In this document: positions 62,708-64,000 of the stretch, one piece after another
Numbering within the stretch: position 1 is the stretch's first letter
Layout: the number at the start of each line of letters is the position of its first letter
Source: Octopus sinensis
Lineage: Eukaryota
Reading direction: 5' to 3'
DNA length: 64,000 nt
NCBI RefSeq assembly: GCF_006345805.1
Contig: NC_042999.1
Coordinates: 70,680,001-70,744,000 of the forward strand
Notes under the pieces: generated by a model
What the model was told of the DNA's origin: nothing
The model's input: the letters and a program-made list of their open reading frames with translations, nothing else
The model's database searches: none
Translations under genes and position numbers: made by a program

Positions 62708-64000
62708 GATAGAGATAATTAGAAACTGAAGGGAACATTTTGATTATAGTTTGATTGTGTGTATGTATAGAGCAGAGTTTGCAAATCCATATGGATCTTT
62801 TGAGGTCCATGTGGATTTAAATGAAACTTTCTGGTCGGAGTTTTGGAACAAGCACCTTGAAACTTTTTTTAAGTACACAAAACACAAGGTCACTGAGATT
62901 ATGATTTGGGTAGAAGAAAAAAATCTTTTCTTCGTTTTGGAGTATGCAACTATTGGTGTTTTCGTTTTTGACTTTTCCAAATTATATTGTCTGAATTGTT
63001 TTAAACAGATTACTTTCTGAAAGGAAAATATTTACATATTCAATTTTTAAAACTCCTGCCAGCTCTTAAACGAATCATAGGACTCGCTGTGTATTTCATA
63101 ATATATATTTTTCTTTAAAAAGTGACTTTTTGAGTTTTGTTTTGAATTTCGACAATTCAGAAGTTGTGGAGGGTGAAAAAAAAAACAAAAAAACTAAAGC
63201 GCAATACCTGTCGTCCCCACCCATATGTATTCAATAATGAAAGGAAGCTATTTAGTAAAAGTTACTTTCACTTCGTTGACGACAAAAGTGTTCGGATTTT
63301 TTAAACAAAAGTACCCCGTATTTTTGGGATTATTTCAGGTGGCTTCTTCAGCATACCTACACATGTGTGCCGCCCCACGACTTTGTCTCCTCATAACTTT
63401 CAGAAAAATGTGTTATATGAGAATTTGTTGTGAAAAACGTTTTCCTAGGGGTGGTGAGAGGAGTTTCGGAAAATTCACACGAATCGGCTTAGTTTCCTCA
63501 TAACTTTCAGAAAATGCGTATTTCTTAATGAAATCTGAAAATACCTTTCAGAGTGTGTAGATTACGGTTATATCGGAATTTAATATGAAAAAAAAAAAAA
63601 AGGTGGCCACTCTTCACAATTTTTTTCGAAATTTCAAGTTTCATTTTGTAGATACATATATGTGCAAAGTAAGTACATGTGCGAGCCCGCCATTTTTTTT
63701 TTCTTTTTCATAATAAATTCCGATATAATCGTAATCTATATCATCTGAAGCTTGTTTGTAGAAAATTTCATTTAAAAATATCCATTTTTGTGGAACTTAT
63801 GGGTAAACAAACTTGGTGGGTGGACACACTTGTGCAGGTATGCTTCTTCTAAGAGTGGAAATAGTGAAAATACAGGGTGAGGCAGAGGAGATGGACGTTT
63901 TTGAAAAATTCACAAAATCATTAATTTTAGCAGCACAAATTTTATTGACATCAATTGGACAGTTCGACCGGGGATCTGGGAAGCCAGAAGGCTCCATCAG

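Noticed and set aside
63797-63997. SLC25A32 exon 2 or a new gene at the right edge
   Set aside because: No frame I read gives the expected carrier sequence (Y.G...EG.RGLY.G), and there is no convincing splice pair.

Overview
This is AT-rich, microsatellite-rich animal genomic DNA. The repeat landscape (RTE and CR1 LINEs, tRNA-derived SINEs, Tc1/mariner, hAT, piggyBac-type MITEs) looks octopus/cephalopod-like, which is an inference. Two host genes are supported. (1) RFC1 (large subunit of the PCNA clamp loader) is on the minus strand. I traced 19 coding exons by hand from 35992 down to 749, with consistent splice phases (3228 nt, 1076 codons). They cover the N-terminal DIRNYFG motif, BRCT, AAA+ Walker A/B and part of the C-terminal domain. 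The start-codon exon was not located and the last exons lie left of the window. (2) The first coding exon of SLC25A32 (mitochondrial folate/FAD carrier) is at 59877-60150 on the plus strand, behind a CCAAT/CRE/YY1-like promoter. The rest is introns and intergenic DNA filled with mostly decayed, often nested transposons. I found no CRISPR array, RNA gene or prokaryote-type system, and nothing I can honestly call a new biological system. The most unusual structures are a fold-back DD41D element built from two transposase 3' ends, a 73-bp hairpin at an RTE 5' junction, a PHD-type finger inside an RTE reverse transcriptase, a 76-bp palindromic element with an 8-bp target-site duplication (TSD), and an RFC1 exon carrying eight CDK consensus sites.
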